Assembly (NCBI GenBank): GCA_951406725.2
Contig: OX597840.1
Span: forward strand, 1,798,001 to 1,862,000
Source: Octopus vulgaris
Lineage: Eukaryota
Reading direction: 5' to 3'
Length of the DNA: 64,000 bases
The position numbers and the translations under genes were made by a program. This document shows positions 13,275 through 26,893 of the stretch, piece after piece; the first letter of the stretch is position 1, and each line of letters begins with the position of its first letter. The notes below the pieces were generated by a model. That model was not told the origin of the DNA. It saw only the letters and a program-made list of their open reading frames with translations, and searched no databases.

Positions 13275-13666
13275 ACCGAGCCATTGCGCCTCCACTATGT
13301 TCATGTACATAGTTGTACATAGCAACGTGAAAATATGAAAATAGAGCTATATAAGTTTACATATATATACGTATATATACACACAAATATATAGTTGTAG
13401 TACATAAATACAAATCGAGATATACGCATATTAAAACACACACACACGCACATATACGCACACATATACACACACATATATGTGCCTGTTTCAATCACTT
13501 TTATCTTGTGTCGGCTTTAACATTAAGATAAGCCGAGATTAATAACTGCAAATTTTCAATAACATACGAGAGAGAGAGGGAGATCTTCCGGCAATCAGTG
13601 AATTAAATCGACTGTGAAAGGTCAAACCAACACAAGATATTAATAGAACTCCATACACGCACATAG

Positions 13667-13851
<185 letters not shown>

Positions 13852-14897
13852 CACACATATGTAAATATACACATCTATCTATCGTGTCTGTGTGTGCTTA
13901 TTTACTTTTATATGGATCTTGAAAAATCTATAAATGCTTCTTCCTTCGTTTATAATTACTGAAAGGATGTGACGTACTCAAACGCATGCGCCTTCCGGTA
14001 CACACATACACATACACACACGTTAACCTATGTGTGCGTGTGTATTGTATGTGTGTATATGTGTGTGTGTATTTAAATATACATACTCTTGTACAGATAT
14101 TTACAGACATATATTTTTGAAACTATAAATCCATACACAAGTATACACACCATACACAGACTCACACAAATACATAGACACACACGCGTTTATGTTTGTT
14201 ATTTGATGCTGTCTTTCATCTTTCCGTTAATAAACAGAGATGTTTCACCATCTAGCTTATCATTAATGAATACCCACACTCCCACGTGATATGCGAATTA
14301 CAGTAGTGATATTTTAATTGGGAAACGTCTTGATATATTCACTCTACTTCCATACCTATTGAAAACATTTCTCTGTCCTTGGATACGCACTTATTTTATG
14401 CTACCAGTGCATGATTTTTCTTACGGTCACATATTTTATTACCGCAAAGAAATCCATATTTTATATGTGCAAACACATATTTCTCTGTAGTTTCCGAAAT
14501 CGATCTGCTACAATGACAGCCAATTTTTAGGGTACATCCCAAAGGGAAAACAAAGCAATACCTAAAACCTCTAGTGGTCCCATTTGCACTATTTTCTCCT
14601 GTAGTATCCTAAAGCTGACGAGAGGTGCCATTGATACTGAGTATTCCAATTAACTGCATTTGCGTTCTTCATAATCACGTTTCCATACGGGGAAATGCAC
14701 ACACCAAACAGTAATTTAAAGCTCTGTGTATCCTACACTCTTCTACATTGTGGATATTGTAGCAGTGAATTTAGGTGATGATAACCAGTTGCTCGATAGG
14801 ATCAAGTCTGTTGTGCTTGAAAGATTCTCGCTAGAAGCTTACTCTTTAGCTTATCAGGATACGCCACCACAAATTCCAATTTCGTTGGTCAGTAAAT

Positions 14898-15053
14898 TAT
14901 GATTTTATTCAACATATTCCCCTCTAAGATTCAAATATTTATTGCAGCAAAGTTTCAGTTCTTTTAATCCCTGTAAAAGAACTCGGAGGTTTGGGCCTCC
15001 ATTCAGACCCTTCTTGATATTCTTTAAAGTCAGGAACTTTTCAGCATCACCTC

Positions 15054-15057
<4 letters not shown>
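14898..15057. mobile_element. mariner-type MITE, partial
   Basis: Homologous to 15497-15659; right TIR AAAGTCAGGAACTTTTCAGCATCACCTCCTA. Confidence 0.6.
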
Positions 15058-15133
<76 letters not shown>

Positions 15134-15137
15134 ACAG

Positions 15138-15225
<88 letters not shown>

Positions 15226-15312
15226 ACAGCTATCTATCTATCCATCTATCTATTTATCTGTCTATCCATCTAACTATCTATACATCTATCTGTCTATCCA
15301 TCTAACTATCTA

Positions 15313-15395
<83 letters not shown>

Positions 15396-15440
15396 ACATG
15401 CATACATACATACATACATACACACATACATACATACATA

Positions 15441-15656
15441 CAATTCGGGGCTGAAAATTGCCTGGGTTTATGTAAAAGTAAGAACAGGCGGATAATTTAA
15501 TTATGATTTTATTCTACATAATTCCGTCTCAGATTCACGTAGTTATTGCAACGGTTCTTCAGTTATTATATTCCCTGTAAAAGAATTCGGAATGTTGAGC
15601 ATTCAACCAGGCCTTCTGCAGTACTCTGAAAGCCAGATACTTCTCAGCACCCCATC

Positions 15657-15659
<3 letters not shown>
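15441..15659. mobile_element. mariner-type MITE
   Basis: Degenerate TIRs GGGGCTGAAAATTGCCTGGGTTT and AAAGCCAGATACTTCTCAGCACCCCATCG-TA. Confidence 0.65.
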
Positions 15660-15702
<43 letters not shown>

Positions 15703-16042
15703 ACAATCAAGGAACAACATATTACCCACTAGAAATAACAGAAAAGCTGGTAAACCTTTAAAAAACATACAGGGTAAATGTTTTTAAATTTTCCAAATTT
15801 TCTCGGTTTACCCAATTAGAAATGTTGACAAAAATGCATGACTATTTAATTTTTTCCAGGCCGCTGGTGGCAAACCGCCACCCTATATTATTAATTATAT
15901 ATATATATATATATTCAACAACAATTAAAGAATGGCCTTAATAGGCCACTCGGCCCACTAGAAAAATCAGCCAGGACTCAAACCGCTAAGTAGCAGTAAT
16001 TCAGAAATTAAATGAAAATTTAAAAACATTTACCTTAATTCA

Positions 16043-16141
16043 TCTTTAGACGATGCATCGTTTCGGTGTTTTTAATGGCAAACCAGCTTAATTAAATTAA
16101 ATTAAGTCAATCTACCAAAGGCTACACCTCATCGGTAAAGA
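16043..16141 (-). ncRNA. Type I hammerhead ribozyme motif, core CCGAUGA
   Basis: TCTTTA-CCGATGA-GGTGT..ACACC-GAA-ACGATGCATCGT-C-TAAAGA: 6-bp stem I, extended stem II, 12-nt perfect palindrome as stem III, GUC site. Confidence 0.85.
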
Positions 16142-16190
16142 AGCCAGGAGAGACGGATATACACGAGGCAAATATATATATATATATATG

Positions 16191-16262
<72 letters not shown>

Positions 16263-17060
16263 AGAGAGAGAGAGAGAGAGAGAGTGAAGCAAGGATTCAG
16301 ATAGAATTAGGTATTTGAAAAGATATGCGTTGTAATGAGTTAACAATTGGTATGTTATACATTTGGATAAATATACTTACATACATACGTACATACATAC
16401 ATACATACATACATACATACATACATACATACATACATACATACATACATACATACATACATACATACATACAAACATACATACATACATACATACATAC
16501 ATACATACGTACACACATATATATGTGTAGGTGTGTGCATATGAATGTATACATGACTGGGATTACGGGATCACTCTTTATTACAGTTGCTAAAATGTTT
16601 CATATTGCAGGTGTAAACTTTACGATCGCTAAAACCTTCGTATAACAAACGGCTCGAATGAGAATATTTCAATAACCCTGATATTTTTTTTTTTTTTGCG
16701 GGGAATTCATTAGTCTCTAGTTGTCAACAATAAAACTTCAAATGCATTAATCACTTCCGGAGAAAACAGAGATGACAAACTTCATTCTTTCGGTCTGTAA
16801 TCTACGATTCGCTTGCTGAAGGCATCGCATTTAACGCGATGAAATATTAGAATTACCTGTTTCAAGAACACCAGCAATATCATCAGTCACCTGAATAATA
16901 TTTTTGGAAAAATGGCGACAGAGAAAAGTCTGAAAATGTGTCCTCTCACAAACGAAGGATGCAATCAAGTCCTTTTATATAACGGTTGCTAAACGATTCC
17001 TACAATAAAACATAAATGTTAGATTGCAGAATCAATAGCACGGATTCAGGTACAATATGT

Positions 17061-17450
17061 GGTGGATGTAAGCACTCCGTCGGTTACGACAACGAGGGTT
17101 CCGGTTGATCCGAATCAACGGAACAGCCTGCTCGCGAAATTAACGTGTAAGTGGCTGAGCACTCCACAGACACGTGTACCCGTAACGTAGTTCTCGGGGA
17201 TATTCAGCGTGACACAGAGAGTGACAAGGCCGGCCCCTTGAAATACAGGTACAACAGAAACAGGAATTAAGAGTGAGAGAAAGTTGTGGCGAAAGAGTAC
17301 AGCAGGGATCACCACCATCCCCTGCCGGAGCCTCGTGGAGCTTTAGGTGTTTTCGCTCAATAAACACTCACAACGCCCGGTCTGGGAATCGAAACCGCGA
17401 TCCTATGACCGCGAGTCCGCTGCCCTAACCACTGGGCCATTGCGCCTCCA
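17061..17450 (-). mobile_element. SINE family B, full length with TSD
   Basis: TSD GTACAATATGT (17050-17060) and GTACAATTTGT (17451-17461). Confidence 0.93.
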
Positions 17451-17561
17451 GTACAATTTGTACGTTACCTATTATACGTTAACCTCCTCCATTGGAAAGG
17501 TGCAGTTATTTCATAAGCCATGACAAAGAAACAGATAATATGAACGATAAATAAATATTTA

Positions 17562-17957
17562 GGCGTAGGAGTGGATGTGTGGTAAGTAGCTTGCTTACCA
17601 ACCACATGGTTCTGGGTTCAGTCCCACTGCGTGGCACCTTGGGCAAGTGTTTTCTACTATAGCTTCGGGCCGACCAAAACCCTGTGAGTGGATTTGGTAG
17701 ACGGAATCTGAAAGAAGCCCGTCGAATATATGTATATATATATGAGTGTTTGTGTGTCTGTGTTTGTCCCCCTAGCATTGCTTGACAACCGATGCTGGTG
17801 TGTTTATGTCCCGTTACTTAGCGGTTCGGCAAAAGAGACCGATAGAATAAGTACTGGGCTTCCAAAAGAATAAGTCCCAGGATTGAGGTGCTCGATTAAA
17901 TGCGGTGCTCCAGCATGGCCGCAGTCAAATGACTGAAACAAGTAAAAGAGTAAAAGA
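17562..17957 (+). mobile_element. SINE family A, full length
   Basis: Head to GTAAAAGAGTAAAAGA tail; directly abuts the next copy. Confidence 0.92.
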
Positions 17958-18127
17958 GGCGCAGGAGTGGATGTGTGGTAAGTAGCTTCTTACGAACCAC
18001 ATGGCTCCGGGTTCAGTCCCACTGCGTGGGACCTTCGGCAAGTGTTTTTCTACTTTAGCATCGAGCCGACCAAAGCCTTGTGAGTGTATTTTGTAGGCGG
18101 AAACTGAAAGAAGCCTATCGTATACAC

Positions 18128-18197
<70 letters not shown>

Positions 18198-18402
18198 TTG
18201 TGTGTTTGTGCCCCCTCCCCTCTCCAACATCGCTTGACAACCGATGCCGGCGTGTTTACGTCCCCGTAACATAGTGGTTCGGCAAAAGAGACCGATAGAA
18301 TAAGTACTAGGCTTACAAAGAATAAATCCTGGTGCTCCAGCATGGCCGCAGTCACATGACTGAAACAAGTAAAAGAATAAAAGAATAAAAGAATAAAAGA
18401 AT
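17958..18402 (+). mobile_element. SINE family A, full length, tandem copy
   Basis: Head GGCGCAGGAGTGG; internal (TA)n(TG)n; tail (GAATAAAA)n. Confidence 0.92.
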
Positions 18403-18580
18403 ATGAACATATATATAAATTGATAGATAAAATTCTCGTGACTCTTTCGCTTATGAGATAATCGCATATCCGCTTATTTTGACGCATATCTGACTACCAG
18501 AAACACGTTGGTCTCCGGAAGATTTATATGATTTATTACATCTGTACTTAAGCGGTGAAATGACTGAATTTGTAACACAT

Positions 18581-18965
18581 TGAAGCACTCCGTAGGTTAC
18601 GACGACGAGGGTTCCGGTTGATCCGACCAACGGAACAGCCTGCTCGTGAAATTAACGTGTAAGTGGCTGAGCACTCCACAGACACGTGTACCCTTAACGT
18701 AGTTCTCGGGGATATTCAGCGTGACACAGAGAGTGACAAGGCCGGCCCTTTGAAATACAGGTACAACAGAAACAGGAAGGAAGAGTGAGAGAAAGTTGTG
18801 GTGAAAGAGTACAGCAGGGATCACCATCATCCCCTGCCGGAGCCTCGTGGAGCTTTTTAGGTGTTTTCGCTCAATAAACACTCACAACGCCCGGTCTGGG
18901 AATCGAAACCGCGATCCTACGACCGCGAGTCCGCTGCCCTAACCACTGGGCCATTGCGCCTCTAC
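18581..18965 (-). mobile_element. SINE family B with TSD
   Basis: TSD TTGTAACACAT at 18570-18580 and 18966-18976. Confidence 0.93.
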
Positions 18966-19317
18966 TTGTAACACATAAGAAGCAGAAAACCATGTGGTAG
19001 AAGATGGGTCCAAAAATTTACGACCGAAGAAAGACTTCCTTATTCGTGGAAGCACATCAGCATTTGGATCTAAATGCTGTGGGATTTTGAGTCAGTCAAT
19101 AGGGCACAAAGTCATCTGCAATTAAGAGAAGACGTTCATCAGAATAAAGAAAGACGGAAGAAAAACAGTATGATAGAACTGAGTTTCAAAGACAGGCAGA
19201 TTTATAGAACTGCTACGAGCGTAGAAAGATATCCGTATTCGTGGACATACAACAGCATCGGGAACATATGGATGGTAACGCTGTGAGTTTCTATCAAGCG
19301 AGATGTAAGACAGTGAT

Positions 19318-19703
19318 GAGTGGAGGCGCAATGGCCCAGTGGTTAGGGCAGCGGACTCGCGGTCGTAGGATCGCGGTTTCGATTCCCAGACCGGGCGTTG
19401 TGAGTGTTTATTGAGCGAAAACACCTAAAAGCTCCACGAGGCTCCGGCAGGGGATGGTGGTGATCCCTGCTCTACTCTTTCACCACAACTTTCTCGCACT
19501 CTTACTTCCTGTTTCTGTTGTACCTGTATTTCAAAGGGCCGGCCTTGTCACTCTCTGTGTCACTCTGAATATCCCCGAGAACTACGTTAAGGGTACACGT
19601 GTCTGTGGAGTTCTCAGCCACTTACACGTTAATTTCACGAGCAGGCTGTTCTGTTGATCGGATCAACCGGAACCCTCATCGTCGTAACCGACGGAGTGCT
19701 TCC
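19318..19703 (+). mobile_element. SINE family B with TSD
   Basis: TSD AAGAC(A/G)GTGAT at 19307-19317 and 19704-19714. Confidence 0.93.
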
Positions 19704-19992
19704 AAGACGGTGATATGGAAATAAGAGGGGCAATATAGCAGAACATTTCCTGAGGCAATAACCATAGAAATAAAGCTACGGCTAACGATGTCAGGATGAT
19801 GTGAGAAGGGCTCCAGAGTTGGAGCTTGTGATGAACCAATCAAATTAGACGCTGAATTCTGAACCCGAACGAGGTGATTCAAGTGGAAATATGGCGAACC
19901 TAACAAAATACCACAACAGTTCCACAAAGAATAACTTAAGGACTTGTAATAACGTATCTTTTGTTCAGGTATTCTTTATTAGAGATGTAGTA

Positions 19993-20051
<59 letters not shown>

Positions 20052-20153
20052 CATATATATATAAATGTTATAAATGAGATACACAGGATTGAAACATACA
20101 TACATTCGTACATACATACATAACTATAAGTATATATATATGTGTGTATGTGT

Positions 20154-20203
<50 letters not shown>

Positions 20204-20237
20204 GTCTATCTATCTATCTGTTTATCTCTCTCTCTCT

Positions 20238-20272
<35 letters not shown>

Positions 20273-20277
20273 CCTAC

Positions 20278-20333
<56 letters not shown>

Positions 20334-20721
20334 ATATATATATATATATATATAGATAGATAACTCTAACGATGTGCTTCCAATGTAAAATCGTACTTTA
20401 TTACGAGTACTGATTATACACTGGTATATAGAATTTTTTAATCTTAGAGTTACTTGACATAAATTTAATTCTATTGGAATTGACTTCAGATACAATAACC
20501 TTGTTATTAATATTTCTAGAGGGTTGGATGGTATTAGCTAAATTGATATTTAACAGTTTGTTATTATGAGAATATATAATATTCTAGATATTACTCTATA
20601 ATTAATTCACATAAGGTTAGGATAGGTTTTTCAAACACAAAAAATCTCTTGCAAATTATATCTTCACATAATAACAAACTGTTAAATATTAATACATTTA
20701 CTAATACTAACATTAATTTAG

Positions 20722-21183
20722 CTAATACCATCCAACCCTCTAGAAATATTAATAACAAGGTTATCTGAAGTCACTTCCAATAGAATTAAATTTATATCAA
20801 GTAACTCTAAGATTAAAAATTCTATATACCAGTGTATAATCAGTACTCGTAATAAAGTACGACTTTACATTGGAAGCACATCGTTAGAGTTATCTAAAAG
20901 AATTTCTATCCATTACTCAACATTTAGGGATATAAATAAACGGAATAGTACCGGTCTCAGCAAACTGATTTGGGATTTAAAAGACCACAATGAACAATTT
21001 CATTTAGAATGGTTGATCCTCTCAATTTCGATACCATATGACAAAGGCAAGAAATTCTGTCTTCTCTGCAATTCTGAGCTATTTTTCATTATTATTTCTA
21101 AAAATACTCTAGTAAACACGGTTATAGAGCGAGCATACAGATGTAAGCATTGGCAAAAACATACATTTAGTGCATATAAGTAG
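20722..21183 (+). pseudogene. Penelope-type GIY-YIG endonuclease domain (open frame, no start codon)
   Basis: Hand translation of frame +1: [56 protein letters not shown]...EWLIL...PYDKGKKFCLLCNSE...LVN...ERAYRCKHWQKHTFSAYK*. Confidence 0.9.
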
Positions 21184-21386
21184 TCTCTATCATTATATAT
21201 AATTTAAACCTTAATTTCTTTTATATTTAACATTCACTATTAATATCCCTACTCTTTCTGTTAGCTACTACTGACGTTATATCATATAATGTTTTATTAA
21301 ACAATATTAATAGCGTTCTGTCTATCGCTATACAAATCCATCATTTTTTGCTAAAATGTCGTATTGACGAGTTTCGTTTGTTTCAC

Positions 21387-21469
21387 CTTCCCGAAGAGAA
21401 GATTGCATTGTTTATACCATTTATTCTTTTGAATAGTATCAGTGGAATTTTTGAAACATGTGTCGGAAG
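21387..21469 (+). ncRNA. Hammerhead motif in the PLE 3' UTR, core degenerate
   Basis: CTTC-CCGAAGA-GAAGATTGCATTG..CAGTGGAATTTTT-GAAA-CATGTG-TC-GGAAG. Confidence 0.65.
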
Positions 21470-21670
21470 TAAAAATACTTGTTTAAACCTGCGTTAACTC
21501 CATTTTTTATTCATATTATTCAAAATATTCAACGTAAACACGAAGTTTCTACCTTTATAAACAAGGAGTTACAACACCTTTACTTGTGAGATTTTTGCTG
21601 CCCCGGTAACTACTTATTTATTTTTCCGTGTTAATTGTTGACATGGTAAAAATGCACTCTCTCTCTCTCT

Positions 21671-21717
<47 letters not shown>

Positions 21718-22217
21718 AGTCGCATTTATATCACTTTCATTAAGTTCCTTACTAATCACTACGCACAGAAGAAATACATTTGCAAAAATTAGACAGAAAT
21801 TTATTCCTTATTATATAAGGTAGTTTCCATAAGTTAATATTACATCCCGTTACCTATAGGATTTCAGAAATTTTAGCTCACAAGAGATGTGTTTTACAAA
21901 TCCAATAACTATTGTATATCCCGTGTATATACACAATAAAACTATCTAACAACCCACCTTGAGCTAACACCGAAGAATACAGCATTTGTCTGTAAGTTTC
22001 CCAGACCATTGCAGAAGACACGGAGTATATTACATGTTCACTTTAACGTGAAAATTAATTTTCTGTAAAAAAAATACGGTTTCCTGGATTTCGCTTCTAA
22101 TCTAATTGAGCTCTTTGTTAATGGCTTATCATTATAGAAATAATTACGTAATAATTAGAAACAACTGCAACCTATTATATACACACATACAAGCACACAC
22201 ATCACACAACATACATA

Positions 22218-22291
<74 letters not shown>

Positions 22292-23347
22292 CATATATAC
22301 ATGTAATTAATGTAGTTTGTTAAATACTTAATTATTTATATATTGCATGATGAATGAGATAAGATGCATATTTGTTATATAATATATACATACTAATATG
22401 TAATATATACATCATTCATATAGCAGAACATGAAAGGCATGTATATTCCACAAACACATATATATGAACGTGTTTATTTGAATATACACGCATATACATG
22501 CTTATCTATATAACTGTGTTTGTCCTTATATGCTGTGTTTATACATTCGTATCTGTGCGTGTTCATGTACGTAACATATATATATATATATATATACATG
22601 CACAGCACACTACTACACACACGTGGAGAGAGAGTGAGATATACACACATACACAGGCACATTCACGCAGATAGACATATCTAGATAGCTTCTTGAGTTC
22701 AGAAACATGTCTAGAAAGCTTTGTATGCGTCTATGCAAGTGTATTCCTGCCATGTTTGTAAATGTATATATGTGTGAATGTGTACGTGTTTGAATGTAAG
22801 TTTATTTGATGGAATAACCTGAAACCTCAACTTTATTCAGGTAATAATAAACGTGAAATAACAATTAAGTGTCGAAGTCTGCAAATTTGTTAATTTGTTT
22901 TTGTTTGTTTCTATTCAATCATCCAACAACAACGACAATATATTGAATTAAGATTTAATTAATTGTCGTAAATATACAATCGATTTAATTAATTCCAGCA
23001 AACTACGAACTCTCCTATATGTTCTCTCTCACCCCCGCACTTTCGCTCCTACTGTCTCTCATTCGCTCTCTCTATTTACATGTTATATCTTCCATTTTAT
23101 TCCTCATCGCAATCACCTCTCCGTTAAGACCTACCACAAATGTTTTGTGAAAATGTCAATGATCATTCGCGCGACTCTTGTTAAACCAGAACAGTGTTAG
23201 GCAATTTCTTGAACAAAAGGAAAATATGTGTACATGTATGTATACATGAAGACAGAGAAATAACATACACACATGTGGCACGTCTTTCACGCTCTCTCTC
23301 TTATCTCTTTGTATCTCTGTTTCTCTCTCTCTCTTATTCTCTCGTTT

Positions 23348-23379
<32 letters not shown>

Positions 23380-23431
23380 CATATATATACATATATATAT
23401 ATATACATATATATATATCTACATATATATT

Positions 23432-23475
<44 letters not shown>

Positions 23476-23885
23476 TATATATACATATATATATATACAT
23501 GTATATATATATATATATATACATGTATATATATACATATGTATATATATATATATATATATTTACATATATATACACATATATATATGTATATATATAT
23601 ATATACGTATATATATGAATATACATATACATATATATATATATGTGTGTGTATGTGTGTGTTTGTGTGTTTGTATATGTGTGTATACGTGTGTGTTTGT
23701 TTGTGTGTGTGCATGCACGGGTGTATATATGTGTGATCTTACGGCTCTTCATTGTTGTTCCAAACAAACTGAATAGAACTAATACTACATTGCATAAAAC
23801 TAGCATAAAACCGAAAGCAAACAACAACAACAACAATACAGCTGTGTTCTTTAGAACCAAATAATTTAAAAACAAATGCTTTTCG

Positions 23886-24084
<199 letters not shown>

Positions 24085-24533
24085 CACTCAAACATGTATG
24101 TATATATGTATGTATATATATATATGTGCCTATTCGTGGAAATGCCTGTGTGTGTGTGTGTTTTCTTTTTGTGTGTCAGAGTCAAGTAAACCGGAGTATG
24201 TAATCAGCCGAATCACGACGTTTTGATCGAAAGAGCACACACCATCGGATTGAAGAGAAATGATTAGTAAAGATTAAAGTCTTTTGTTTATTTGCGTTCG
24301 AAAAGTCATCAAAAGTTGTGACGTATAACTGCTTTTCATCATGCATCAATAGACTTCATTTTGACATTTGTGCAAAAGTACTTTGGCATATGTCTGCAGG
24401 TCGACATAAGTTCAGTTCTTTTGTTTATGATCGTAGCGAGTACGACAAATGCTTAGACCTTTTTTTTACGAATTAACATTTTAGTCTTTTCTAATGAATA
24501 TCTGTACTTACCCGCGCAAACCTACACACTCAT

Positions 24534-24655
<122 letters not shown>

Positions 24656-24717
24656 ATCTATCTATCTGTCTATCTGTCTATCTATCCATCTATCTATCTA
24701 TCTATTTATCTATCTAT

Positions 24718-24948
24718 CTATCCGCTCATTCGAAGTCGACTCCCGGTTACTCGCTGTATCAGTGTCCTCCAGTCAGTTCTATCCTGGGACGATTCTTTCA
24801 GATTGGCTATGTCCATTCCGGTATCACTCTTGATGGTGTCAAGCCAGCGGGTTCTCGGTCGGCCTCTTCCTATCTTGCCACTGACCATTCCGAGCATGAT
24901 GTCCTTCTCCAGGGATTTTCTCCGCATAATATGACCAAAATATACCAA
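24718..24948 (-). mobile_element. RTE/BovB-clade LINE 3' end with (TAGA)n tail
   Basis: YFGHIMRR-SLEKDIMLGMVSGKIGRGRPRTRWLD...QDRTDWR, the typical RTE C-terminus; the stop runs into the tetranucleotide tract at 24535-24720. Confidence 0.9.
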
Positions 24949-25236
24949 TTATACAGGCATATTAATAGTAAGCATACATGGGTGCCTGTGTGTGCGTGTG
25001 TGTGTTGGTGTGAGTGTCTGTGTGAGTGTGTGTATTTGTGTGAGTGAGAGAGAGAAAGAGGGAGTATGCACGTAAGTTTATGGAAATATGGGGGTATCTG
25101 ACCGATTGTGCATACACACGTGACTATGCGCGTTTATCTTTGCGACCGAGAACGCCATTAAGAGTCTCTTTTACTCTTTTAGTTGTTTCAGTCATATGAC
25201 TGTAGCCATGCCGGGGCAATGCTTTTAGTCGAGCAA

Positions 25237-25494
25237 ATCCGAAGGAGCAATATCTGGTGAATACGGAGGGTGGGGTAACACATCCCAGCCGAGCTGTAGC
25301 AATTTTTGTCTGGTTCCCCAAAAAACGTCCGGTCTAGCATTAACATCTTGGAAAACCACACCCTTCCTGTTGGCCAATTCTGGACGTTTCTCTTGAATTG
25401 CTGCTTTTAACTCATCCAGTTGTGTGCAGTATTTCTCAGAATTAATTGTCTGGTTACTTGGGAGAAGCTCATAGTAGAGAATTCCTTTTCAATC
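25237..25494 (-). pseudogene. mariner (DD34D-type) transposase fragment
   Basis: Hand translation: D*KGILYYELLPSNQTINSEKYCTQLDELKAAIQEKRPELANRKGVVFQDVNARPD...TRQKLLQLGWDVLPHPPYSPDIAPSD. Confidence 0.92.
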
Positions 25495-25507
25495 CTGCTT
25501 AGTAATA

Positions 25508-25569
<62 letters not shown>

Positions 25570-25600
25570 GTTTCTATAATTTCTCTATTATATATATATA

Positions 25601-26010
25601 TACTCTTTTACTCTTTTACTTGTTTCAGTCATTTGACTGCGGCCATGCTGGAGCACCGCCTTTAGTCGAGCAAATCAACCCCGGTACTTATTCTTTGTAA
25701 GCCCAGTACTTATTCTATCGGTCTCTTTTGCCGAACCGCTAAGTGACGGGGACATAAACACAACAGCATCGGTTGTCAAGCAATGCTAGGGGGACAAACA
25801 CAGACACACAAACACACACACTTACATATATATATATATATACATATATACGATAGGCTTCTTTCAGTTTCCGTCTACCAAGTCCACTCACAATGCATTG
25901 GTCGGCCCGAGGCTATAGTAGAAGACACTTGCCCAAGATGCCACGCAGTGGGACTGAACCCGGAACCAAGTGGTTGGTTAGCAAGCTACTTACCACACAG
26001 CCACTCCTGT

Positions 26011-26011
<1 letters not shown>
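25601..26011 (-). mobile_element. SINE family A, full length
   Basis: Match to the family A consensus seen in the other copies. Confidence 0.92.
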
Positions 26012-26104
<93 letters not shown>

Positions 26105-26126
26105 ATATAAAACCTTGACAGGCAAA

Positions 26127-26437
26127 CGGAAATTTTTCAGTATTATTTCTTTCCCATTACATGTGTTTTGTTTACTAAAAGAAAACACGAAAATCTACAT
26201 ATTATATAGACATATTAGTAATTCCCTATTAGAGAAATCGTCAGTCACTGAAATTTTTTAATAATAATTTTTAAAATGGCTATTCTAAAATTTTTGTTAT
26301 AAATATTTCTCTCCGTCTCTCATATTCTTCTAATAGGAAATTCGTTACACGTCTATATAACATGTAAATATTTGTGTTTGCAATAAGAAAATAAAACACA
26401 CATAATGGAGAAAAAATAATACAAAAAACAATTCCAT
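26127..26437. repeat. Degenerate foldback (palindromic) element
   Basis: Nested complementary blocks around about 26280, e.g. TTATATAGAC/GTCTATATAA, CCTATTAGA/TCTAATAGG, TGTGTTTT/AAAACACA. Confidence 0.65.
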
Positions 26438-26809
26438 TTATCTATCTTGTTTATTCAACAAATCTGCTAATAGTATAATAATGCATCCATAATCCTCAAT
26501 TTACTGTGTGTTTTGATTTACAGTCAACAGTGATAAAGATATAATATAGATATATATAAAGATAGCATAGTAATACCATATTAATAGCAATAATGGATAA
26601 GCGGATATGATTCAGGAGAAACGACTGCTGGGATTTACCCTAAATACCCATATGTATTATATATACATATATATATAAGTTCAGCAAAATTTAGATTCAA
26701 ATGAATATGGTACTTAAGTTAGATGCACCAGAATCCTGTATGGTGTTATCCATATAAATCCATGGGGTGATTATAATCAAAATAAGCAACAAGTATAACT
26801 TCGGTAATT

Positions 26810-26893
26810 TGGTACGATCGTTTCGCACTACATCATTTTATTAAATGTTGTAAGTATTACAACAGTTTTAAAATGATGAGCACTTATCAGCCA
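26810..26893 (-). ncRNA. Hammerhead-like motif (core CUGAUAA) in a Penelope-like fragment (about 26680-27060)
   Basis: TGG-CTGATAA-GTGC..long hairpin..GTGC-GAA-ACGATCGT-A-CCA; a related terminal sequence recurs at about 47298-47370. Confidence 0.6.

Larger units (their letters stand above)
20359..21655 (+). mobile_element. 5'-truncated Penelope-like element with an inverted 5' segment
   Basis: 20359-20550 is the reverse complement of about 20710-20895; GIY-YIG frame; hammerhead in the 3' UTR; microsatellites on both sides. Confidence 0.88.

Noticed and set aside
19321-19395. tRNA-like sequences as true tRNA genes
   Set aside because: They are SINE heads continuous with SINE bodies and TSDs, and their acceptor and T stems are imperfect.
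18980-19930. Host sequence around the 19.3-kb SINE as a decayed RTE LINE
   Set aside because: The resemblance is too weak to call by eye.
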